Assembly (NCBI RefSeq): GCF_002113885.1
Contig: NW_018403537.1
Location: 66,025 to 130,024 of the forward strand
Reading direction: 5' to 3'
Length of the DNA: 64,000 nt
From: Mizuhopecten yessoensis
Lineage: Eukaryota
Below, piece after piece: positions 1 to 11,350 of the stretch (the first letter of the stretch is position 1; each line of letters starts with the position of its first letter). The translations under genes were made by a program, and so were the position numbers. The notes under the pieces are model-generated. The model had not been told where the DNA came from and did not search any database. It was given only the letters and a program-made list of their open reading frames with translations.

Positions 1-592
1 TACTCGTACAGGTTAACCTACTAGATCCTCATACATGTTAACCTACTAGATGCTCATACTGGTTAACCTACTAGATACTCGTGCATGTTAACCTACTAGA
101 TACTCCTACATGTTAACCTACTGGATACTCAAACATGTGAACCCACTAGATACTCATACATGTTAACCTACTGGATGCTCAAACATGTGAACCCACTAGA
201 TACTCATACATGTTATTCTACTAGATACCGTACATGTTTTCCTACTAGATACTCATACATGTTAACCTACTGGATGCTCAAACATGTGAACCCACTAGAT
301 ACTCATACATGTTAACCTACTGGATACTCAAACATGTGAACCCACTAGATACTCGTACAGGTTAACCTACTAGATACTCGTACATGTTAACCTACTAGAT
401 ACTCGTACAGGTTAACCTACTAGATACTCAAACATGTGAACCCACTAGATACTCATACATGTTATTCTACTAGATACTCGTACATGTTAACCTACTAGAT
501 ACTCGTACATGTTAACCTACTAGATACTCAAACATGTGAACCCACTAGATACTCATACATGTTAACCTATTAGATACTCATACAGGTTAACA
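1..592. repeat. 25-bp minisatellite (TACTCRTACATGTTAACCTACTAGA)n, ~23 copies, runs off the window start
   Basis: Direct 25-bp periodicity with an interspersed variant unit (AAACATGTGAACCC). Confidence 0.95.
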
Positions 593-1230
593 TGCTATAT
601 ATAGAGTAAGTAAACATTAGGTGTACCAAGCGAGACACGGTAATAAAACAACATCAACAGGGTAAGAAAGGAAACATATTTCAGTCTGCAACGTTAGCAG
701 TATTGGTTTTGTTTTTGCGACATCTTCTCAGAAGAGTATGGTGAGGTAAACCTCATAATATGTCGTTAACGCCATGTTATTGGCCTGATACGACCACATA
801 AACAGTAAGGTAGTCATGGCCAGTTGTATTCCCCTGAGCCAAAAAGAGATCCAGACAATCATGTCGATCATTATTAACAACGTAACACGCAGTTAATAAC
901 ATTTTTTAATGTAAAACATTAATATTGTCGTATTAGTACCCTGCTGACAGAGTCATAGCACCCATTACATACAATGTGTTATGAACGCACATTTAATAAA
1001 ACTTAGCTGAACTACGATTGGCTGTAGGTTCAGGACTACTCTTTCAGTTGTGATTGTTATACATACTTCCATTTTCATTTTGACGTCACAAAAGATGAAT
1101 GTTGGACACTCAAATGGTGATATACAGAAAAGTCATGATTTAAAACTGTAGCTCGCCAGTGGCTTGCTCAATTTATATAATTCTAATAAATTCTATGAAA
1201 TCTAAATATATGTACGATTATCCATTTTCC

Positions 1231-1490
1231 TTCTTGCGATAGGGCGGTTCTGTTGCCGACTTAGAGAGCTACCTCACTGAAATACCATGCCGAAAGCTCC
1301 TAGCACAGTATTCCACCCGGTGAAATTATACTGACAACAGCTACACCAGTTGCTATACGATAGCCCTAGATGCTGAAAGTTAAATAGGGAATAATAGCTA
1401 CCATTTTAAGGATTTTGTGGTATCCCAGCCTTGGACAGATCTCGTCGCCCACTTGGGCGAACGCTCAATACTAAGGCGAAAAGTGAGGCT
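1231..1490 (-). mobile_element. SINE, same family as 33245-33545
   Basis: Reverse complement aligns with 33245-33505 (gcctcactttt..ttgagcgttcgccc..ttgtcagtataat..ccgggtgg..ttcagtgaggtagc..aagtcggca). Confidence 0.75.
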
Positions 1491-2058
1491 GGAGCATGGG
1501 CGATTTATAGCGTAAGAGGTCCCTAATATGGTCTACATCTTTTCTACCATGTCTCATACTTTTTTAACTAACCACCATCGATCGGCAACCGCATTATTAT
1601 GTTAGTGTGCAATGACCGTAAATCAACTCCTTGTCGGTCGGCTGTAACAAACAAATCACATGTTGTTGAGTAAAATAGTTTCACCTTTAAAATAGCATTA
1701 TAATGCGATTTTTGTTTTATATCAAGAATATCTCAAAGCAAAACTGGTGAAAACTCTGTTACATGTAATAGTCGTTAGTATCCTTTAATAAGATATGAAT
1801 TCTTTTGGGATTCAAATACAGGGAGAGTGGATATGATAATTGTATGATGCAGTGTTATTTGGTTTTGGCATTCTGTAGATATTACCAAATTTTCACTGTG
1901 CAGCCACATGTCTGTATATGTTACACTCTACATCTATCAAGAACATAATGTTTAAACACAATCGTTAATCATCTAAAGTTTAAAAATTACCTTTAAAAAA
2001 AAAAACAATTATGGAACAAAGTATGTGAATTTGTATGTTGGTCAAGATGTTAGCTAAC

Positions 2059-2189
2059 GCGCGGGGAGTCTTATATGTTTCCATGTGGTCAGGCTGGTGA
2101 CTCCATACCTTTTTACGTCCGATCAGGAAATCAAACTCCAGCCAACATGGCGAAAGGCGAGTACACTATCCACTGCACCACCCGACCCA
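2059..2189 (-). mobile_element. tRNA-headed SINE fragment (V-SINE-like)
   Basis: rc GGGTCGGGTGGTGCAGTGGATAG (A box)...gagtttgatttcc (degenerate B box)...gtcaccagcctgaccacatgg. Confidence 0.6.
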
Positions 2190-2616
2190 CCCTCAAAATA
2201 TGTAGACAAAACAACCGCGTTCGGATTTATTTATATAAATTTGTAAGTTGCAGTAAAAAATAATATTTTTTGTAATTTCTGCATCGACAAACTGATTTTT
2301 TCAGCATATAGTTCCTTCTCCGTGTATTATAGTTATGGTTGTACATATTGACATGCTTTTTCATTTTTCAACATTTGCAAAATTATATATAATTTTACTA
2401 GGTTATTTAACTGGTTAACCTGCCGGATATTGATAATATGACAAAACTTGTAATTGTTGTTAAAGGTGGGGTCCACTTCAATGCTAAAAATCGACCCACG
2501 CAGGGATTTATTTTCATATTTTGCTTCAACGTTGCCAGACTGCAGACAGTATTGAAAATGATGGTCTCACCTCCCTAGGGTCTTATTTGGCAAAGTTAGA
2601 GCTCCTTGAAGTACTC

Positions 2617-2719
2617 TAGTCCGAAATATTCTGACGTTTTATCAACTTTTTTCATATCGGTTAATCGACGACAGACCGATATGAAAAAAGTCAATAAAAC
2701 GTCAGAATAATTCTGACTA
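2617..2719. mobile_element. 103-bp palindromic MITE, TAGTC...GACTA, 9-bp TSD (AcademH-like)
   Basis: GAAGTACTC flanks both sides (2608-2616, 2720-2728); the element is nearly fully self-complementary. Confidence 0.85.
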
Positions 2720-4368
2720 GAAGTACTCCTGCTCAGAATATGAAGTTATACTTACTAAATCGCCTGAAAAAAAATCACCATTTTAATATCACGCTCATTT
2801 TCGTCCATTATGATTGCGCTGGTAAAGTTTAGTTGATCATTTTGATACCTTATATGTACTCATTTACTATAACCTGTGATGTCAGTACTGGGTTCTTTGT
2901 CAAAAAGCACTTGACATAATTGCACCTTCCTCGTGTTGCAGTCCACCAAATGTTATTGCTTATAAATTATGTAACATATATATTTTTTTTATGGTAAAAA
3001 TATGTTTAAATTCTGACACAGGTAAAAATTTCATTTCCATAACTTTAAATTAAGTGACCCGTATTTCTGACTTTCTGCCAAAACGGTAAACATAGCATTT
3101 GTAGATATAATCATAGCCTGTGTATAAAAATAAACAAAAAGAAATTATCCACTTTCAATGGGTTATTTTCTTTAGTGTGTGTGGTAAATGTGTAATTCCG
3201 ATTGATTCAGATGGATATAGAATAAGATAAATCTCTTCAGTATACAGAATATCTGACAATACAATACAATAAAATATATTTTCTTCTATGTGCACACATC
3301 ATAATTTCATACAGATTTGCAGTTTAGAAATAAAAAATTCTAGCACCCGGCAAAAAGGGTCTTAAAGTCACGTTGATTTATATTTAACTTGGTTTATTCT
3401 GAACGCAGGCATATCTGCCTCTATATTCAAATCATAGTCCATATTTATAATAACTTGCAAACTTTAATTTGCGTCACAGATGAAATAATGTTCAACTTAC
3501 AATAAAAAGTCTGTTAATGAGAATATATAGTTGGTTTACAAATTAGGTCTGTGTAGTAATTTAAACTACCCGAGATATGTACAAACAATTCTTCTAGAGC
3601 GAAAACTAGTATATGAATTAGACAATTTCTCCTGAAGTCAATGAGACATTAAATATAGATGAAATTTGTCCGAAATAACTGAATATCTAATTTAAAAAAA
3701 AAACTTATGGGACAGGGATATTAGTCTTAAAAGGAGATAGTCATTTTTTTCGGTCTAAGACCAAATTAGTAAAAGTAAAAGTAAAAAGCAAAATCCGAGC
3801 GGTACTTATAAATGTAGAAATGTACATGGAAAAAACACGTGACAGAAATTCTTTAAGATGTGTAGTGCCAAACTCAAACATGTACATATACTAGTATGAA
3901 TAGTGTTTATACGATCCAGATAGAATACAATGTATTTTTATCTAAACGCAACGGCACAAAAGACACTCTAAATGTGATTTTCAATATATAGAAATGTCAG
4001 TCTTGAAACTTGATCCCATATTAAAAAGCCGAGCACGTATGTTAAAATATCAATAGGTCAATGGATGTGTATGAATGTTATACAAGACTGGTATGCGGAC
4101 ACGACTATTATGTAACACTGTTGTTGTATCCTGTAAGTGTTCGTATTTCCCTGTGAAATAAAACGGTATACTCACCGCGCGCGCGATCCATAGATAGACT
4201 TGCTACAGAAAACAGTCATCATTAGACGGGAATACATAACGTCCGTCTTTGTTTTCCACTCCATTAAAAAGTAAAGCTGGAGTTTGGGAAGAAGAGAACA
4301 GTTTAAGGACTAAGTCATGAAGGAAAGATTATCTTTATACTTGTCATGGTAACTGTATACTCACCACA

Positions 4369-6850
4369 TGTACACTGGGCTTGTACTGTATCTTTGTCAC
4401 TCAAACCCCGCCATTTATCGTCATTCTAACCTCATCACTCCTCAGCTCGTCACTTTAACCTCATCACTCATCGTCACTACTGTATAAACTCACCATTCAT
4501 CGCCATTCTACACTATGTCACTCATCGTAACCCTGACATCGTCGTTCTAACTTTGTTACTTAACCCCGTCACTCATCGTCACTTAACCCCGTCACTCATC
4601 GTCACCTAACCCCGTCACTTATCATCACTTTAACATCATCACTCATCGTCACTACTGTATAAACTCACCATTCATCGCCATTCTACACTATGTCACTCAT
4701 CGTAACCCTGACATCGTCGTTCTAACTTTGTCACTCTTACCTCGTCACTCATCGTCATTTAACCTCGTCACTCATCGTCACTGTACACTGGGCTTGTACT
4801 GTATCTTTGTCACTCAAACCCCGCCATTTATCGTCATTCTAACCTCATCACTCCTCAGCTCGTCACTTTAACCTCATCACTCATCGTCACTGCTGTATAA
4901 TCTCACCATTCACCGTCATTCTAACTTAGTCAATCATCGTTACTCTGACATCGCCGTTCTAACTTTGTCACTTACACCCGTCACTCATCGTCACTTAACC
5001 CCGTCACTCATCGTCACCTAACCCCGTCACTCATCATCACTTTAACGTCATCACGCATCGTCACTACTGTATAACCTCACCATTCATCGCCATTCTACAC
5101 TATGTCACTCATCGTAACCCTGACATCGTCGTTCTAACTTTAGCACTCTTACCTCGTCACTCATCGTCATTTAACCCCGTCACTCATCGTCACTGTAACG
5201 TCGTCACTCCTCCTTACTATAACCTCATCACTCATCGTCACTCCTCCTTACTATAACCTCATCACTCATCGTCATTCCTCCTTACTTTAACCTCATTACT
5301 CATCGTCATTCCTCCTTACTATAACCTCATCACTCATCGTCACTCCTCCTTACTATAACCTCATCACTCATCATCACTCCTCCTTACTATAACCTCATCC
5401 CTCATCTTCACTCCTCCTTACTATAACCTCATCACTCATCATCACTCTTCCTTACTATAACCTCATCACTCATCGTCAATCCTCCTTACTATAACCTCAT
5501 CACTCATCGTCACTCCTCCCACTATAACCTCATCACTCATCGTCACTCCTCCTTACTATACCCTCATCACTCATCGTCACTCCTCCTTACTATACCCTCA
5601 TCACTCATCGTCACTCCTCCTTACTATACCCTCATCACTCATCGTCACTCCTCCTTACTATAAACTCATCATCACTGTAACGTCGTCACTCCTCCTTACT
5701 ATAACCTCATCACTCATCATCACTCCTCCTTACTATAACCTCATCACTCATCATCACTCTTCCTTACTATAACCTCATCACTCATCGTCACTCCTCCTTT
5801 CTATAACCTCATTACTCATCGTCACTCCTCCTTATTATAACCTCATTACTGATCGTCACTCCTCTTCACTATAACCTCATCACTCATCGTCACTCCTCCT
5901 TACTATAAACTCATCATCACTGTAACGTCGTCACTCCTCCTTACTATAACCTCATCACTCATCATCACTCCTCCTTACTATAACCTCATCACTCATCATC
6001 ACTCCTCCTTACTATAACCTCATCACTCATCATCACTCCTCCTTACTATAACCTCATCCCTCATCGTCACTCCTCCTTACTATAACCTCATTCCTCATCG
6101 TCACTCCTCCTTACTATAACCTCACCCCTCATCGTCACTCCTCCCCCTATAACCTCATCACTCATCGTCACTCCTCCTTACTATAACCTCACCATTCACC
6201 GCCATTTTAACTTAGTCGCTCATCGTTACCCTGACATCGTCGTTCTAACGTTGTCAACCATCGTCATTTGTCACAAAAATACCGTCACTAATCGTCACTC
6301 TAGCCTCGTCTCCTTCACTTAATTCTTACCTTGTCACTCATCGTCATCCTAACTTTGTTACTCTGACCTCATCACTCATCCTCATTCTAACCTTGTCACT
6401 CATCTGTATTCTAAGTTCGTCTTCTAAAATCATTCTAACCTCGTTATTCATCGTTAATCTAAATGTTTCATTTACACATCGTCACTGAAACTTTGTCACG
6501 CATCATTAAAACCTCAGTACGAATACTCGTCGTCAATCTAACCTCGTCAATCACCGTAGCTGTAGCCTATAGGTGCCCATCATCACTCCAACCTCGACAA
6601 ACCTAACCTTGTCTTACATTGTAACCTTAACCTCGTTACTAATTGTCAGTCTAACATCGTCAATCATCCTCATCCTCACATCATAACTCATCGGTATTCC
6701 AAACTCGTCATTCTAACCTCGTTCTAACCTCGCCGCTCATCCTCATTCGGACATCGTCACTCTAACTCATCAGACATGCAAATCGTCACTGTATTACCTC
6801 GTCATTCATCGACGTCACTGTAACCTCGTCACCTCTACCTCGTCATTTGA
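4369..6850. repeat. Complex G-poor satellite: 413-bp duplication, 34-bp array, degenerate CATCGTCACT tail
   Basis: TACACTGGGCTTGTAC at 4371 and 4784; 34-bp unit CTCCTCCTTACTATAACCTCATCACTCATCGTCA at ~5207-6190; diverged units to ~6850. Confidence 0.92.
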
Positions 6851-7003
6851 TTTGTGTCGACCTAGTCAGTAATTACATGTAAGTCCGAGGAAATACACAT
6901 GAGGCGACTTATGTGGTGCCCATGCAGAATTCGTGTTTTTTCCGTATTTTTCCCCTCGGAGAACATTGAAGAAAACAAAAACGATTTCCTGTTCCTGTTT
7001 ATG

Positions 7004-7361
7004 TGAAGTGGAACTGGCCTGGGTCAATCATTATCATCGGCAACCAGCTGATAGAGCGTCCGTCTATAGAGTTTGGAGGGTACCGGGTGGATTCTAACCC
7101 CGGTCTGGCTGGGCGTTTTCCCGTCCCTTTTACATCATCTGTGATCAACCCTTCTTCAAGTACAGGGTAAATGTGTGACAAGGAGATACCCGAACTTGGG
7201 GCGAAGCTTTAGAAAAAGGAGGGACAAATGTAGCGGAACTGGACTGGGTCGATCGTAGACGGCCAGGAAACTCAATTGGTAGATCGTCCGTCTAAGGTTC
7301 GGAGGGTCCCGGGTTCGAACCCCGGTCTAGATCTGACCGTGCATTTTTCTCTCCTGTTACC
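7004..7361 (+). mobile_element. Mini LTR retroelement (TRIM) with tRNA-like LTRs
   Basis: LTR1 7004-7134 (TG..ACA) and LTR2 7229-7361; polypurine tract AGAAAAAGGAGGGACAAA directly before LTR2; A box CTCAATTGGTAGA and B box GGTTCGAACCC inside the LTR. Confidence 0.75.
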
Positions 7362-8149
7362 TTTGTAACAATTAGAATCTTTATATCGTTTCCGCCCCCT
7401 CCTATCCACTTTCTTTTTATCGGCGCTTCCCTAGGCATCTCCATCGAGTAAATTAGTTGTCAGTATAATGTGACCAGGTAGGTTGATGAATTTCAGCGAG
7501 ATTGTATGCTAAAGCGGTCCAATTTTCGGGTATCGTCTGCTAGAAATTCTGGTCCGTTGCGTTAAAAAAAGGTACAAAATAATATACAAAAAGCATTTAT
7601 TTATTTTTCATGATTATTATGTTTAGTCTGTGCACTTAATTATCTCGCCGAGATTGTAAATTAATAAAAAGGTATAGATATTTAGTAAAAAAGAATCGGT
7701 GATTAGAAAAAGTGGGGGACCCCTGGACCATTCCTCGAACCATTACCAGCTGATTACGGTGTAATATATTGTAAAATATACTCATTATATATATATATAT
7801 ATATAACATGTTCATAACACATGTATAGGTACAGCTGTCTCGAATCAAAAAGGTAAACTGCATTTTCTAAACATACTGTACTGAAAGTAACATATACGCC
7901 TTCATGATAAAACGCATATTCTCTGTAAAGAATTGGTAAACAAAAGCAATTTTTCAACCCCTTCTCAAATTACCACTATGACAAGTCGTGTATATCAACT
8001 GGTTTGTGTAAAGAGAGATAACTGCAACCATTTGCTATCGCAAACAGCTTTGTGTTGCATTAAAATGTTTGTTTAATTAGGCCGTTCCATCATATATTAT
8101 TTTTCGTTTTCCAAATCAACTAACTTCGTTAGAATATAACCCTAATTAT

Positions 8150-8362
8150 GGCCGTTTTCGTTTAAACGGTCAAACTGGTCGGACCACAGTTGTTCGTTTA
8201 TTAAATAAGGTCGGACCTAGTTAGCTGATGCTGGTTCTAGGCGAGCCTTGACAAAGCCGTGGAAGGCCTGCATAAACATTTGCAGGTCCGCCAGGATTTA
8301 TACCCGAAATCGTTACATTTATAAACGGTCAAACCGGTTGTTCCGCATAAACGAACAGGCCC
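8150..8362. mobile_element. MITE with GGCC...GGCC termini, copy 1
   Basis: Aligns end to end with 19624-19854 (aaataaggtc..aaggcctg.ataaac.tttgcag.tc.gccaggattt..aacgaacaggccc). Confidence 0.7.
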
Positions 8363-8939
8363 ATCACTCCATACTTCGGAAATATTTCCGGAAAATAAAG
8401 CACGTTGATTGTTTTCTTTTCTATGTCATACCGAAGTCCCAATCACGTTGGCGTTTTTAATGGATAGGGAAACACTCAATTGCTTTTTGAACGTTGATGA
8501 AAGAAAATTTCATCAGATCGTAACTTATCCATGGCATACGAAGTTAATTTTGAAGACTGCCATTTAAACATATTTATTTCCTGTATATACATTCTGAAGA
8601 AGAAAAGGTATTTTTGGTAGATATAACAAATTTGCAATGTTTTAGATGAAGGACGAAGATAATGATCCCATGATTTTGTGTTGTTTTATCACCAGCTGAT
8701 CACGAGTTTCTCGGTGTCTTACCCTTACTATTTCGCCTAAAGAAACTTAGACTAAAACAATATTGTTACTGCATGTCAGCCATAAATATTCTAAAACTTG
8801 ATCTCCTCTAAAAGACTGCCAAAATATGCAGAGGTTTTAATCACTTTACACAATTTGGGAACATTTTCTTTCATATGCACTGATTGAGACACATCGGTAC
8901 CACAACTAATCTTCATCTTCTTCATCTGGAAATCTTCCT

Positions 8940-8970
8940 CCGTCAATATTGACGATTACGGAAGTTTTTG
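8940..8970. promoter_or_regulatory. Candidate EIF2B3 promoter/non-coding first exon region with ETS motif
   Basis: CGGAAGT at 8959-8965; splice acceptors lie just upstream of the EIF2B3 ATG (11163 and 11190), implying an upstream non-coding exon; its position is not proven. Confidence 0.3.
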
Positions 8971-9264
8971 TGGTCTTGTGCTGTATTGCGTTGTTATATA
9001 CAGTGTTTTTTTTATTTGCTATAGGATACAAACAGGTTAAAAGCAGTTGAGTGTTTAAGTTGTGTTGTAGGTTTTGTATTTGTTTGATTATGTTATATGT
9101 GATCTATCTATCTATATGTTATATACCACAGAGACCAAAATGGCTTAAATGCGGTGATGCATGTCCTGAATATTCTAGATCTGCTAGTGTATCTAATAGG
9201 TTAATTGTTTTAATGTGTTATGGTGTATAGAAAGAATGAGTGTCTCTATATGTGTCTTTGGATG

Positions 9265-9672
9265 TTCAAGTTCAAGTTCTTTATTCACCAAAAGTCTTAA
9301 GACTTATAGGTACAAACTAATCATGACACATTGTACATGTATATATGTTATAGGAGAGTGACTATAAGCATACAAGTGCAAACTAAACAAAGAACATAAT
9401 ACAAAAGCACAAAAATTATAAATACGTGTAGCTAATTAATCAATTTCGCCGCTTAGTGGCTAGATATAAATATTTACCTAGATTTGACAACTCTTTGACA
9501 TTATTTACAAATAAAAGTTGGACAAGTTTGTAAACAGAGGGACTCTTATAATAATACTTCTTTATATACTTTAACCTCAAATCATTATAAAAAGGACATA
9601 CAAACATGAAATGGAATTCGTCCTCGACGTCTCCCAAATCACATTTGCTACAGTTTCTATTTCTGCGAATGA
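9265..9672 (-). mobile_element. 5'-truncated non-LTR retrotransposon 3' end
   Basis: CSKCDLGDVEDEFHFMFVCPFYNDLRLKYI zinc-binding C-terminus, stop codon, 3' UTR ending AATAAAGAAC(TTGAAC)n. Confidence 0.85.
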
Positions 9673-9867
9673 TATGTGTAGATATGTCTGTAACTAAAGT
9701 CGTGATGTGTTCTACAAGATACAAGAAACTTTATTTAACATTAGCGCTGTAGCGCTATTTTTGCGACAAACATGATAAAGCAAACAGATAACAACAATTA
9801 AAGCTATACACTATAACAGAAAGCTAGCACATAATCAGCGGGTAAAACATACAATAACATAGCAGCA

Positions 9868-10017
9868 CAGTGGCGGATCCAGAAACCTATCTGGGGGGTT
9901 TCCANCAAATTTCCTGGGAGGGGGGTTCCATGTGTGGAAAATGGTGAAAATACATGATTTTTAAAGAAAATTATCAGGGTGTCCTGAAGCCCAAAATAAC
10001 CTCTGGATCCGCCACTG
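9868..10017. mobile_element. hAT-type MITE, TIR CAGTGGCGGATCCAGA, 5-bp TSD CAGCA
   Basis: Perfect 16-bp TIR; CAGCA at 9863-9867 and 10018-10022. Confidence 0.85.
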
Positions 10018-11199
10018 CAGCATATAATTAGATATCACAGGCACTAAATTTAAAGTACTTTACTAAAAAAGATGTAAATAGATAATAGTGAAACACCTGC
10101 ATATCACACAGGTGTTGCTATATATTGGAGGGTTAAAGCACTTCAAGTGTAATGTGCATACATGCAAATATAGCTTAAGAGTAAAAATTGACATAATATA
10201 CACTAATATAGTGTAAATTAAAATAGGACGACAAGGTCTAGTACGTACAAGATATTGAGCTATAAAGATGATTAGATGGGATGGCTAGAAACTAGAAACT
10301 AGTTCTGGTGTCTGCCGGGATGAGATTGTTAGTTTGTATTGCTTCTTGTTGTTGTATTATTTTGTAGAGAAGAATAAATGTATGTTCTTGTTCTACATGT
10401 GTGTAGTGTTGACTATTTTAAGTTGTGTATCATATATGTCACAGAGCTTGTGTTATGATATTTGTTTAGGATGTATACAGAAACACTAGCAGAATTCAGG
10501 ACATGCACCACATATAACATAATCGTACATATACAAAACCTACAACATTACTAACACTCACTGCTTTTAACCTGTTTTTATCCTTTAGCAAATAATAAAA
10601 ATGAAATAAGAAAAAATCACTGTACATAACATTTAACGCACTACAGCACAAGAACGACTTCTGTAATCGTCGATATCGACGGAGAAAGGCATATAGATGA
10701 TGATACATCGTGCTGTTCTTCATTGTACTTTTTCTAATCAATTAATCCAAATATATAACTATCTATCTCCTTTTAAAAGTTGTTTTGATAGGGCAGAGAT
10801 ATCTTCTGGTCTATCTCGTCTGCAACCCATTTCCCCACCTTGTCCAGAACAAACTTAAAAAACAATATTGTGTTCATATATATAGCCAAACCAATTTTTC
10901 TATGTATTTGGGATAAGTACATGCCTTTAAAAAACTTATAATGTCACTAAGACAGCCTTGGAAAGTTGAAGGGGTTCCAAATATTTTATTGTAAACTTCA
11001 GCATCTTCAGTAAGTAAACTATTTTGTTAAAGATTTTGAAGAGAAATCAAGCTAGGGGGTTTCTTTTAGAATGTAAGAATTAAAAACCATTGACATCATC
11101 TAGAATTGAAAGAATATAGATTGGAATTTGTTGTAAATAACAACACATCTTTGTTTTATTTAGGTAATTGAAAACACTGCCTTTTACTAGACGATCAAT

Positions 11200-11350
11200 A
11201 TGGAGTTCCAACCTGTGATCATGGCTGCTGGGCGAGGGACACGAATGACAGATCTCAACACAGCAAAGTATCCAAAGGCCCTACTGCCTGTAGGCAACCT
11301 ACCAATGGTCATCTACCCTGTTTACATGCTGGAAAGGGCTGGCTTTGAAG
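11200..11350 (+). CDS. EIF2B3: EIF2B3 coding exon 1
   Basis: MEFQPVIMAAGRGTRMTDLNTAKYPKALLPVGNLPMVIYPVYMLERAGFE, donor gtatgt. Confidence 0.95.

Noticed and set aside
1-592. Regular short repeats resembling a CRISPR array
   Set aside because: Units are head-to-tail with no unique spacers, there are no cas genes, and the context is eukaryotic; the same applies to the arrays at 12495, 23175 and 36109
7262-7330. Possible functional tRNA gene
   Set aside because: A/B boxes are present but the cloverleaf is broken and it lies within an LTR-like repeat; the same holds for the SINE heads at 54990 and 63161
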